From the IMG/VR virus record IMGVR_UViG_3300027278_000044, positions 1-24,753 of that record: DNA of 24,753 nt; one strand, 5' to 3'. Positions 8,158-18,131 of the stretch are shown one piece after another. A program made the translations under genes and the position numbers. How positions within the stretch are numbered: the stretch's first letter is position 1; each line of letters begins with the position of its first letter. The notes below the pieces were generated by a model. The model worked only from the letters and a program-made list of their open reading frames with translations, was not told the DNA's origin and did no database searches. Source of the stretch: a virus (Duplodnaviria > Caudoviricetes).

Positions 8158-11100
8158 ATGGCAAATAACAGTATTTCGCAAATTATTAGACAGTTTCTGG
8201 AAATGAACCAGAACTCTTTGGAGAACTTTGAAAAGATCTCTGAAGCCATTACTACTGATAAAAAAACAGTATCACTGGATCTATTTGATGAACAGGGCAA
8301 TCTTAAGACTGTTCAAGTTCCAGCTTTTGGTTACTTGAAGCGTGAGATTGAAAGACTTGATCTAAACTTCAAATCACTATCTGGCCTAAATACTGGCGAC
8401 GCCACTGTGAAGATGGCTGATGGTACATTTAGACAAATTAATAAATCTAAGCTAAAGACCCCAGCAAAATCTGTTACTTCAATTTCAGCTCCAAGAGAAT
8501 TTATTACTAAGACTAATAACTTCTTTGAAGCATTCTTAAACCCACTATTACAGGTTCAACTAAATGTTAACGGTCAAGTACCAGCTGACACTGAAAAAAT
8601 CAAGCTGAGAAGGTATTTAATCGATTCTAATGACACTAACTCTACTGAATGGTTCGATGATAACCTTAAGGGCCTAGATGTCTTAGAAGTCAATACATTA
8701 GTCTCAAATCTTGCAACTAACTCTATCAAGTATATTGTTGACGAGGAAATTATTGATGCTCCTGTAAGATCATCTCAATACTCCGGTGCATTCTCTGTGT
8801 CTAATGTTAGAACAACACAGCGTAACATTATTGTTGATGGTATTACTCAAGTAAAAACTATCAAGCTTTATACACTCAATAAGTTCACATACAGCGATTC
8901 GTCTAAAACAATGTCGGATACGGAATCACTAAAGATTGGTGATGAACTACTTGTTAACTCTGGTAATGCTTCAACTAAGTATAGAATTGTTTCTCTTAAC
9001 ACGGATACTCTTGAAGTTGAACTACTATTACTTGAAGGTTATGAATCAATCATGGTTGGTGTTGACCAACTAAAAATCTACAAGGGCAAAGAAGCTTATA
9101 ATAGCATTGAGGTTAATGTTGGCTTTGATGAAAGACAAGTTGTATTCATTAAGCCAGTTGATCCAGATTCAAATCTTGAAGCTGAGAATTGGTCACCTGG
9201 TACGGCGTTCTATTCCAATGAACTTCTTATTACAAGAGACAATGGCGAGGTTCAAAACCTTGCTACTTATTATAAGGCAGAGGTTGCTGACTTTGGTCAA
9301 ATGATCAAAGCACTTAAGGATGATTCTATTCCACCATCAACACTTGGTGTTAAGCCAAATGCTCCAGTACTTGATGTAAATAACTTCAAGGTTGTTCAGG
9401 TTAATTCACACCTTACAAAGAACTCGGCGTTCCAATCAATTAAGAAGCTTAACGGTAATAAAGTTTCTGTTGAGGAAACTATTAAGAGTATTGATTCAGC
9501 AATCTCACAAAAGCGTGGAGAAATTGCTACGAAGAAATACACATCAGCTATTGAAAAAGATAGAGACCGTAACGAGCTTACGTCTATCCTTAATCAAAGA
9601 ACAGCTGAATCTCAGATGTATTCATCTTTGGTTAATCAAATTAAATCAGTAGCTGATAATAGTTCAGTGTCTAATATCTCTGCGAAATACAGAGTGCGCG
9701 GTTTCTGGACAATGCCAACAGCAAAGCTTGCTGCTGATACACTACCACAAGAGGTTGTACAATTTAAAGTACAATATAGATACCTATCATCTGACGGTAC
9801 GCCTGCGGGTGTTGAACAGATTGATGTTGTAGATGGCACATCAAAGAAGACAGCTTCGTTCTCAAACTGGGTAGAGGTTGCATCTAAGCCAAGAAAGAGA
9901 ATCAAGGATGAAGTCACTGGTAAGTATATCTGGGCAACTGAAAGTATTGAAGATGGTCAAGCTGTAAATATTAATCAGCTGGATATTCCTATTCAAGCGG
10001 GTGAGGTTGTTGAATTCAGAGTAAAGTCAGTATCTGAAGCTGGATGGCCAGCAAACCCAATCGAATCAGATTGGTCTGACATCACAAGAATTGAATTCCC
10101 AGCAGGTTCACAAACTGATGAATCAGTACTCAACCTAATCAATGAGAATTCTAAAGAAGTTGCAAGAGTAAAACTTATTGACGAATTGAACAGCACTGGT
10201 GTTTACCAACACGTGTCTGATTCATTCACAATCAATGATAAGTATTTCTCACACGATGCACAATCAATTGCATCTGGCTTTTTAACAGATGCACAAAGTC
10301 CAATCACATTGTACGAAAAGCTTCTTGCAATGCAAATTGAGATCAATGCACTTAAAGAACAAATCAACGGTACAATTGGCGAGCTTATTGTTAAGCTTCA
10401 AAAAGAAGATGGTACTGTTGAGGTTATTCAAAACAATTCAACTAAGCAGATATTTGCTGGATACTATACAGATGAGGTTGCAAACCTTCAAATTAAGAAA
10501 GGTCATATTGTAACTAAGACATTTAAGATTATTCTTGAAAATTCAAAAGCAACCCCGCTTGAACTTATCTCAAGACTATATGGTGATAGAAAACAACCAG
10601 CATACCATTCAACTGCAAACCTAAGCTTTGGTCCAACAGCAAACCAAACATCTGTAAGCTCAGCGGTATCTGACGATGCATACTATCTATCATCTGGCAA
10701 GTATGACCTGGTTCCTGTATTATATCAAAATACTACAGCACCTGAATTTACATCAACATTATTCTTAAATGATGCACCATATCAATCTACACAGCTGAGA
10801 GGTCAATTCATTTATTCTAGATTCAAAAATCTAGCAAATGATGCAAACCTATACGCAACTACAAACGTTGATAACTCTGATACGGATGCTGCAATTCAAT
10901 TTGAATATTCAATGTTTGATATTCTTTCAGAGGGCCTAGGTGGAAACGGTGCGCCAGGTAGCGGTAACTTTATTTGGAATGGTACTTATAATAACGTAAG
11001 TGGTGATGTTATTTATGTTAATACATTACAATCTGTCAAGGATTACGACAGCGGTATTTTCTTGCACTACAAACATCCAGATGTTATAGATCAAATTGCA

Positions 11101-11562
11101 TATTCAACAATCTATAATAATGGTGCTGGCGTTGTTCAACCAAAAACATTAGGTTCAAACAACATTCAAACGGCGTTCTATTACGATGGTACTCAAAACC
11201 GTACTATTAAAATGGGCTTTGATTCAAAAGACCAATACCTATTGGGTGGTAAATCATGTGGTGCATACCTATTTATGTCTCCACTTTCAATTGATTCATT
11301 GGTTGTAAATTCAGATAACACTGAAGGTAAATCAATTATCAATACTGGTGAAAACAATGCAATTGCACTTGATGTTATCTTCCAATACAGAATGACTGAC
11401 TACTCTGGTGTATCTGATGCATCACTTGGTTACATTGCGGGTGAATACAGTCAAACTAAGACAAACCTAACTTACTCTAAGAGAATTGGTCTAGATATCC
11501 TGGATTCACAAAACAAGAAGTTTTCATTTGATCTAGAAGTATTTGCAAAGTATAAGGCCTAA
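8158..11562 (+). CDS. Large virion structural protein (1134 aa) with coiled coils and an FN3-like domain
   Basis: 'VVQFKVQYRY...FSNWVEV...VEFRVKSVSEAGWP...SDWSD' is fibronectin-III-like. Coiled-coil segments flank it. It sits in the structural cluster. Confidence 0.6.
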   Translation: MANNSISQIIRQFLEMNQNSLENFEKISEAITTDKKTVSLDLFDEQGNLKTVQVPAFGYLKREIERLDLNFKSLSGLNTGDATVKMADGTFRQINKSKLKTPAKSVTSISAPREFITKTNNFFEAFLNPLLQVQLNVNGQVPADTEKIKLRRYLIDSNDTNSTEWFDDNLKGLDVLEVNTLVSNLATNSIKYIVDEEIIDAPVRSSQYSGAFSVSNVRTTQRNIIVDGITQVKTIKLYTLNKFTYSDSSKTMSDTESLKIGDELLVNSGNASTKYRIVSLNTDTLEVELLLLEGYESIMVGVDQLKIYKGKEAYNSIEVNVGFDERQVVFIKPVDPDSNLEAENWSPGTAFYSNELLITRDNGEVQNLATYYKAEVADFGQMIKALKDDSIPPSTLGVKPNAPVLDVNNFKVVQVNSHLTKNSAFQSIKKLNGNKVSVEETIKSIDSAISQKRGEIATKKYTSAIEKDRDRNELTSILNQRTAESQMYSSLVNQIKSVADNSSVSNISAKYRVRGFWTMPTAKLAADTLPQEVVQFKVQYRYLSSDGTPAGVEQIDVVDGTSKKTASFSNWVEVASKPRKRIKDEVTGKYIWATESIEDGQAVNINQLDIPIQAGEVVEFRVKSVSEAGWPANPIESDWSDITRIEFPAGSQTDESVLNLINENSKEVARVKLIDELNSTGVYQHVSDSFTINDKYFSHDAQSIASGFLTDAQSPITLYEKLLAMQIEINALKEQINGTIGELIVKLQKEDGTVEVIQNNSTKQIFAGYYTDEVANLQIKKGHIVTKTFKIILENSKATPLELISRLYGDRKQPAYHSTANLSFGPTANQTSVSSAVSDDAYYLSSGKYDLVPVLYQNTTAPEFTSTLFLNDAPYQSTQLRGQFIYSRFKNLANDANLYATTNVDNSDTDAAIQFEYSMFDILSEGLGGNGAPGSGNFIWNGTYNNVSGDVIYVNTLQSVKDYDSGIFLHYKHPDVIDQIAYSTIYNNGAGVVQPKTLGSNNIQTAFYYDGTQNRTIKMGFDSKDQYLLGGKSCGAYLFMSPLSIDSLVVNSDNTEGKSIINTGENNAIALDVIFQYRMTDYSGVSDASLGYIAGEYSQTKTNLTYSKRIGLDILDSQNKKFSFDLEVFAKYKA

Positions 11563-11571
11563 ATTTACTGG

Positions 11572-11579
11572 GATATATA
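11572..11579 (+). promoter_or_regulatory. Putative late promoter motif GATATATA
   Basis: Lies in the 44-nt intergenic gap before the ATG at 11607. It is also the left arm of a 7-bp inverted repeat with ATATATC at 11592-11598. Confidence 0.55.
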
Positions 11580-11606
11580 GTTAAGCGCTAAATATATCAC
11601 AGGTTA

Positions 11607-14600
11607 ATGGCTAGCATAAACTTTGAGGTCAACTCTAATTCAATCGACAATAAGAGCCAGGTTATTCTAAGGACTAACCCGCTATTGACATCTAATGTCA
11701 AATTAGTAACTGATTCATCAGGAGAACTATATCTTGATAGTATTAGTGCTAATAAGACGTTGAGTGATCAACGCTATAAAAAGTTTGCAATTGATAGCAC
11801 TGGGCATCTTGCCTATGACATTGCTAAGTTTTACGATAAGACTCCATTAAAAGCCGCGTATGGCGTCCTACGCAAGGATTCAGATACGTCAGTGTATAGA
11901 GAATATCAAAAACAATATGAAGAGCAATACCACTACGGCGCGACTCTAAATAGCTATAAAGAATTTAGCGAGAACATCAGATTCATGGCGCCGCTATGGA
12001 TTGATGAAAAGTTACCCGAGTATTTTGTTGTATACAGAATTGAAGAACCTGTTTCTACAATGCCACTTACAAACGATTTGTATGGCATCAATGACAGGAT
12101 TATGACAATGCTTTCAAACGCAACGATTGTGAAGGCGTTTGATATGAGACCTGGTAGCAAGCTTGGTAACTACCTACACAGATTTGCAAATGACCCGGAT
12201 AGGCCGCTAGCCCCACTCACAGCATCATTTGAAAAAGATGGCAAAACATCTTGGAATGGTATTGACCTTATTAAGGGTGGATTCACACAAAAGTCTGAAT
12301 TTATTTATAACGCATTTGTTAATAATGACAGACCTGAGATACTTAATAATGCTTTTATTACTGAAGGTTTTGGCAGAAACAATTTAGTCAGTGCTAATCT
12401 TATTAATCTTGAATTCTTATTTGAAGATTTTGATAATCCATATGAGGTTAACAGGTACATCGGTATTTATGTAAACGCACATGAAGAGGGTTCGTTTAAG
12501 CATACTAAATACGATGGTACTTATTTAACTATTAACCCATCTACAGTTGATACAAATTTTGATTTAACTGGAACATCATTGGTTGCTACTGATATGTTGC
12601 CTACGCTTGATTTGGTTGATCCAGTTTTACAGTGGGTGAAATCAGGGGATTCATTTGCACATATAAAAAATAATGCAGAAGGTAAGGTACTTGATCCTTA
12701 TAAATTGAAAGTAAATGCATTTGATATCACGGCTGACAAATATGTAAAAAAGCTGGATACTCTTCAAATCTATAACTTACTCGATGATAGCCGAGACTAT
12801 TTAACAATTACTGTTAATGGTAATCCAAACATTGGAGATACTTATATTCTTGGTGTACTTACAGAAGTTATAATTTCTGGTGATACAACACCATTTAAGA
12901 TTGTAGCAGAACCTGTTTTACCAGCAGGAACTTATGAAGATCACAAGTTTTCAAATAAAGGTACCGTCGAGCAAGTTACATTTGCAATGATGGGCGCCAT
13001 TAAAAATATAGAAGACCTTTCTGTTTCTGTTTCCGCAGTTGGTAATGTTATTACTATTAATAACTATAGAAGTGGCAACAGAATGTATAACTTCTTTTTT
13101 GCACAAGATGCACTAAATGGTTCGGCAGTTTCTGTTGAGGGTCTTTCAGATAATGTGTTAAAGCACATGAAACTTGATGCTGTTACTGGTGATGTAAACT
13201 TTTATACGGATTGGAATGTATGGTCTGGTCGTGGTGGTTCAGCCGTTGGTTCTGGATTTTTGGTTACACAAAATGAAATTGGAGACATTGATGAAAATAC
13301 CTGGGTCAGGAATGGTAATAAATTTATTCGTATTGTTGAGATTATAAAAGACGACACATATACTGATTTATACCGCGTTTGTTTGGATGGTCCAATTGAC
13401 AAGTTAGAAATTAATGATAATAGCGTAAACCTCTGGGTTGAAAATAAGATTAAGTTTGGTAAGTTTGAAGCATTTGATTTTTATGACTTTGACTTCAACT
13501 TTTATTCAACTGCTAATTCAGATTTAGGTGAACTAGTATATGAGGATTATATTGTAGATATTCAACAAGACCAACTCGAGGATATTGTTAAATACAGTGA
13601 AAGTGCACAAACTTATTTTAATAATTTAATTAGCGTTAATACTGGAATTACAAAAACAGGATCTGGCGTTACTAAAATAGCTAATGAATACGACAGACTT
13701 CAAGAGAATAATAATACTGACTTTGCTCTTTATTCTAGGGTTGTACCTACTGTAAATAAATGGAAATACTTCGAAGGTGTAAACTGTAGAGAAAATCCAT
13801 ATATGCTTTCAATGAGTGAAGCGTTTGGTAAAACTAACTTTGCACCTGATATTACGGTTGATGGTAGAAACATTAATGGAATGACGCACGAGTGGTTCTA
13901 TTTATACCAACACCCAACTTATAATATACCCGACGGCACGCAGTACGGTCAGCAGATGACATCATCTGATGTTGCAGAAATGGTTACAAAACTAAAAAGT
14001 TATATTCAGCCAGAACTTAATATTGAACTTACAGAAGCTAATCTAAAAGATATCGATAATAATTGGTTCGATAGATTATTTGTTTATGATGGTTTTGATT
14101 ATACTGGGGTTGGATTTGCACCTGCAACGCCAACACCTAAGTATGTAAGACTCAGAAAAGGTAGTGATGCAGCACCAGCTGAAGCCCTATTTAGAGGACT
14201 TAAAGTTAAGATATATGGTCGTAAAGAATTCTTATTAGCAAATCCACAGAATCTTATTACATCAACTGAATTTAATGATTATAAATTTACAGCCGTATTA
14301 GACTATAAATACGATAATGATTTTGATAATGTGCAAATAAAAGCCATTCAAAATAAAGTATTTAAAACTATTACATTATACATTAATGTTAACTCGTCTG
14401 AGCGCAACCTAAGCTTTTTAAATAGAAAGCTATTGTATAACTTACAAGATTTTGTTGATTATTCTGGAACACCGGTAGATACAAACATTAATGGCTACCT
14501 AGATTTTGATATCCCACAAGCCGGTCAAGATAATTACATTGATGCGGTTGGTGTTGATACAAAACTACTTAGGGAGATTCAATTGAATGAAGATGGTGGA

Positions 14601-16049
14601 TACAATAATATTAAATTCGATTATGCTGGTACAACATGGTTACTACCGGTAAGTGAGGTTTATAATAACAATTCTATTAGAATCAATACAACATCGTTTG
14701 GTATTGTATACGATGAGCTTGGTGTTAATACATTAAATATTTCTTTATTACCAAGTACGGTCTGGTCTACAACATCATTCAAATATGTAGACGGCGGTTA
14801 CAAGCTTGCAAAATCTACATTTGAAAGTATTTCTGCTAAAGCTATTGCTGACCTATTAAATAATAACGATACCAGAACTATCAAGTATATTACTATTGAT
14901 GAAAATGGTAATGAATTACTAAATAGATTCATCATCAACATTGAAGATGGTCATGAGATTGTAAGAACATCTGATTTGATTACAAGTCCAGATCCTAATA
15001 AACCAAACAGCTATAAAGTAAGTTCTGGTAAGGTTGGTGATATTATTGTTGAAAGAAATGACCCACACCAGGTTAAGTTAATTAGAATGTCTGGTGATTA
15101 CACACCACTTGCAAGACCTGTTGTTACATTCACAGATATTCATAGACCATATAAAACAACTCAAATCATAGCGCCAGACGCTCGCGAGAAATTATTGTAC
15201 AATAGATACAATAGACTTGGGGTTGCATTTGGTTCTTATATGAATCAGGGTCAATACAAATACGGTCTAATTGAGGATATGTTTTATCATAAGATTAATC
15301 CTGAAAAAGCTGACGGTATTTTAAAGCTTTCAAATAGTACAAGTGAACTACCATTGTATCCACTTATAGGCGAGATTGCTATTGACCGTAGAGATATAAA
15401 TGTATTCCGTTCTTCTTGGGAGCCTGAATTCTATGCAAAGAATGACAGTAACAAGCAGGTTAATTATGTGTATGGTACACTGTCACCGTATGAAGAAGGT
15501 GCATTCCTTGCATCAACATTGAATCTACCAAAGAATCAATACGATATTACTGCTTATCCACAAATTAGCTGGGCTAATTCATTGGATGATATGAAGACTA
15601 GAAAAGCAGCAAATAACTTTAAGGGTAGCGCCGTAGTCTTTGAAGATGATGATAAGTTTTACATGGACCTATACATTGGTAATGTACTCACTGATTTATT
15701 AATTTCAGATAATGCAGGTATTAGTATTAAAAAGTATGTAAATACATCTGAATCTTATGGTGATAAGACAACGCTTGATGATGATATCAAGAAATACATT
15801 GAGGTAAATCTACTTCAGCTTATGAACATAACTGATGTTAGACTTTTTGTAAATGAATCTAAGGATATTAAAGTAAGCCAAATCTTAAATGCTAACTCTC
15901 TTAGCGACATTCTTTATACACCATTCCTTGAAAATAAGAATTTCATTTTAGAGTATGATAATATCAATCCTCTAAATATAAGAGTAATATATAATAAAAG
16001 ACCTGGATTTAGACAAGAGATCTATATCTATACAAAAATAAATAGCTAA
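11607..16049 (+). CDS. Very large hypothetical virion structural protein (1480 aa)
   Basis: Uninterrupted 4.4-kb ORF, Asn/Asp/Tyr-rich and mostly beta-like, among baseplate/fibre genes. No catalytic motif recognised. Confidence 0.55.
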   Translation: MASINFEVNSNSIDNKSQVILRTNPLLTSNVKLVTDSSGELYLDSISANKTLSDQRYKKFAIDSTGHLAYDIAKFYDKTPLKAAYGVLRKDSDTSVYREYQKQYEEQYHYGATLNSYKEFSENIRFMAPLWIDEKLPEYFVVYRIEEPVSTMPLTNDLYGINDRIMTMLSNATIVKAFDMRPGSKLGNYLHRFANDPDRPLAPLTASFEKDGKTSWNGIDLIKGGFTQKSEFIYNAFVNNDRPEILNNAFITEGFGRNNLVSANLINLEFLFEDFDNPYEVNRYIGIYVNAHEEGSFKHTKYDGTYLTINPSTVDTNFDLTGTSLVATDMLPTLDLVDPVLQWVKSGDSFAHIKNNAEGKVLDPYKLKVNAFDITADKYVKKLDTLQIYNLLDDSRDYLTITVNGNPNIGDTYILGVLTEVIISGDTTPFKIVAEPVLPAGTYEDHKFSNKGTVEQVTFAMMGAIKNIEDLSVSVSAVGNVITINNYRSGNRMYNFFFAQDALNGSAVSVEGLSDNVLKHMKLDAVTGDVNFYTDWNVWSGRGGSAVGSGFLVTQNEIGDIDENTWVRNGNKFIRIVEIIKDDTYTDLYRVCLDGPIDKLEINDNSVNLWVENKIKFGKFEAFDFYDFDFNFYSTANSDLGELVYEDYIVDIQQDQLEDIVKYSESAQTYFNNLISVNTGITKTGSGVTKIANEYDRLQENNNTDFALYSRVVPTVNKWKYFEGVNCRENPYMLSMSEAFGKTNFAPDITVDGRNINGMTHEWFYLYQHPTYNIPDGTQYGQQMTSSDVAEMVTKLKSYIQPELNIELTEANLKDIDNNWFDRLFVYDGFDYTGVGFAPATPTPKYVRLRKGSDAAPAEALFRGLKVKIYGRKEFLLANPQNLITSTEFNDYKFTAVLDYKYDNDFDNVQIKAIQNKVFKTITLYINVNSSERNLSFLNRKLLYNLQDFVDYSGTPVDTNINGYLDFDIPQAGQDNYIDAVGVDTKLLREIQLNEDGGYNNIKFDYAGTTWLLPVSEVYNNNSIRINTTSFGIVYDELGVNTLNISLLPSTVWSTTSFKYVDGGYKLAKSTFESISAKAIADLLNNNDTRTIKYITIDENGNELLNRFIINIEDGHEIVRTSDLITSPDPNKPNSYKVSSGKVGDIIVERNDPHQVKLIRMSGDYTPLARPVVTFTDIHRPYKTTQIIAPDAREKLLYNRYNRLGVAFGSYMNQGQYKYGLIEDMFYHKINPEKADGILKLSNSTSELPLYPLIGEIAIDRRDINVFRSSWEPEFYAKNDSNKQVNYVYGTLSPYEEGAFLASTLNLPKNQYDITAYPQISWANSLDDMKTRKAANNFKGSAVVFEDDDKFYMDLYIGNVLTDLLISDNAGISIKKYVNTSESYGDKTTLDDDIKKYIEVNLLQLMNITDVRLFVNESKDIKVSQILNANSLSDILYTPFLENKNFILEYDNINPLNIRVIYNKRPGFRQEIYIYTKINS

Positions 16050-16051
16050 TC

Positions 16052-17329
16052 ATGGCGATTAATATACAAGAAATTCTTGATAATGATTCATTAGCACAAA
16101 GAATTGATAAAATTAATTATAACTTTGACCAGATTGTGGCCAATGGCGGTGGTCCAATTGGTCTAACTGGATCTAAGGGTGCTTCTGGTGCAACTGGCCC
16201 ACAAGGCGCTCAAGGTCCTGTTGGTCCACAAGGTGCAACTGGCGCACAGGGCGCATACACTGATTTCTTTGTTGTTGATGATTTTGTGGAACAGGATTCA
16301 GTATATCTTAAGAATGATCCAGCTACCACACACGTATCTACTCTAACACTTGGTGAGGCAAATGCCGATACTAACGGCAGTCCAAGTGTTGTAGATTATA
16401 AGGATTCAACTTTGCGTATTATTACAAATCAAGATTTATTTGACACAGCTCTTAGAATTCAATCAAGTGATAGTACTACAAAGTTTATTGATGTTGCATT
16501 TAATGATGATGGCGCTGATAGAATCCTTAGTTTTAAAACTTCGGCGATTGGTGCCTTAAATACAGTATATGATTTTACAGGTTCTAGTCTTACACTTTCA
16601 TCTGGTGCTGGTGTTAAGGTTAAATTAGATGTAACTGAATCTGTATTTACTTCAAATACTAAATTCAACGGTGCTGTTAAAATGCCATCAGGTGCAGCAG
16701 CAAATAAGGTACTTAAATCATCAGATGCTCAAGGTACATTTACTTGGGGTGATCCAGGTGTTGTGCCGATTGGTACAATTGTAATGGCACCTGCTTTCAT
16801 AATTAATAATGCTACTAAAATTCAATGGACATCATCTGGTGATGCGGCATTTGATTATATTGGTAGAGGTAAAGATGATTGGGCTGGTTGGTACTGGTGT
16901 AATGGTCAAACTTGGGGTACATATGTAACTCCAGATCTTAGAGACCGTTTTGCACTTGGTTACAGTAAATCTGTTGCTGACTCTACACCATCTCAGACTG
17001 GTAATACATTACATGGTAATAAGAATGTTACTCAACTAACAAATGTTTCTGTAAATATTCCACTAGCAAACCACACCCATACAACAAATATTGGCAATAC
17101 TACAATAGATAAGGGTGATGTATATAATCCTGTTAGTATTCTTGAACCAGAATCTGGTGGTTCTTCAGACTTTATTTCTGGTAATCCAGATTCAACACCA
17201 ACTCAAACTGGAACAATTGCAATTGCACCAAAATCTGCAACTGTAATTTATATGATTTATTTAGAAGCAACAAACTTAACGTACTCATTATCTGAAATTG
17301 GTGGTGGTGTAAGTATTGAAGGAGCATAA
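16052..17329 (+). CDS. Tail fibre / short-fibre-like protein with collagen repeat and phage tail collar domain
   Basis: Has 12 Gly-X-Y triplets near the N-terminus. 'VPIGTIVM...GWYWCNGQ...TPDLRDRFALG' is the tail collar signature. 'HTHT' downstream is typical of collar-fibre metal-binding sites. Confidence 0.82.
   Translation: MAINIQEILDNDSLAQRIDKINYNFDQIVANGGGPIGLTGSKGASGATGPQGAQGPVGPQGATGAQGAYTDFFVVDDFVEQDSVYLKNDPATTHVSTLTLGEANADTNGSPSVVDYKDSTLRIITNQDLFDTALRIQSSDSTTKFIDVAFNDDGADRILSFKTSAIGALNTVYDFTGSSLTLSSGAGVKVKLDVTESVFTSNTKFNGAVKMPSGAAANKVLKSSDAQGTFTWGDPGVVPIGTIVMAPAFIINNATKIQWTSSGDAAFDYIGRGKDDWAGWYWCNGQTWGTYVTPDLRDRFALGYSKSVADSTPSQTGNTLHGNKNVTQLTNVSVNIPLANHTHTTNIGNTTIDKGDVYNPVSILEPESGGSSDFISGNPDSTPTQTGTIAIAPKSATVIYMIYLEATNLTYSLSEIGGGVSIEGA
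16151..16258 (+). repeat. Collagen-like (Gly-X-Y)12 coding repeat
   Basis: Encodes GPI GLT GSK GAS GAT GPQ GAQ GPV GPQ GAT GAQ GAY. Locally GC-rich. Confidence 0.9.
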
Positions 17330-17356
17330 ATATTGGTCAATAATATTTAATATACA

Positions 17357-18115
17357 ATGATTAACATTAAAATAGATAAAGATTGGATTCCTTTCATTGC
17401 AATAGCTGTGCTTATTTTTATTTTGTTAGGTCAGTGTTCTAGTAATGCTGCACTAAGAGAAGATATTAAAGAACTTAAGCAAACTGTTTCTATTGCTGAT
17501 AATAACTTAGAGGCATCTAAAGATTCAGTTAGAACTTATGTTAATAAAGCTGGATTTCTTGAATCTGAAATAAGAACATTTAAGTATACAAATACACAAT
17601 TGGTCGAGAATAATGGCGCGCTTACTAAAAAGTACAGAGCTGCACTTGGTTTGAATAAAAAACTACAAGGTGTAAATACTCTATTACAGGCAGAGCTTAA
17701 TGTTAAAGATAGTCTTTTACTTAGTGCTCAAATTAATCCTGATTCAACATTTACATTTAATGATTCAGCTAACTTTGGTGACAACAATATTAGAATTGTC
17801 AGATTGGATGGTAAGATTAATGAATCATCAGTTACTGGTAACCTTTCAATCTATCAAACAATTTCGCTACTTGGTGTAATTGAAAAAAAGGACGGTGTAT
17901 CACAACTTAAGATAAGTACTAAATACCCATTTGATGATATTAAATTACAGGGTATTGAAGTTATTAATGAAGAGTTGAATACATATAAGAATAAATCAAG
18001 ATGGGTGGTTAACGCTGGTATTGGTTATGGTATTATTCCACTCAATGGTGGACTTAGACTTTCACCTGTTATTGGAATTAGTTTAGGATACTCACCAAAG
18101 TGGTTACAATTTTAA
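17357..18115 (+). CDS. Membrane-anchored protein (N-terminal TM/signal, coiled coil, C-terminal beta-hairpin ending in Phe); spanin-like candidate
   Basis: Hydrophobic 'WIPFIAIAVLIFILLGQC', then coiled coil 'ALREDIKELKQTVSIADNNLEASKD', and C-terminus 'RWVVNAGIGYG...PVIGISLGYSPKWLQF'. The CDS is solid; the function is inferred. Confidence 0.5.
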   Translation: MINIKIDKDWIPFIAIAVLIFILLGQCSSNAALREDIKELKQTVSIADNNLEASKDSVRTYVNKAGFLESEIRTFKYTNTQLVENNGALTKKYRAALGLNKKLQGVNTLLQAELNVKDSLLLSAQINPDSTFTFNDSANFGDNNIRIVRLDGKINESSVTGNLSIYQTISLLGVIEKKDGVSQLKISTKYPFDDIKLQGIEVINEELNTYKNKSRWVVNAGIGYGIIPLNGGLRLSPVIGISLGYSPKWLQF

Positions 18116-18131
18116 TAATATAAACTATTAG

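Noticed and set aside
14304-14311. TATAAATA T4-type late promoter inside the 1480-aa gene
   Set aside because: It is mid-gene, about 1.7 kb from the next start, and explained by DYKY codons.
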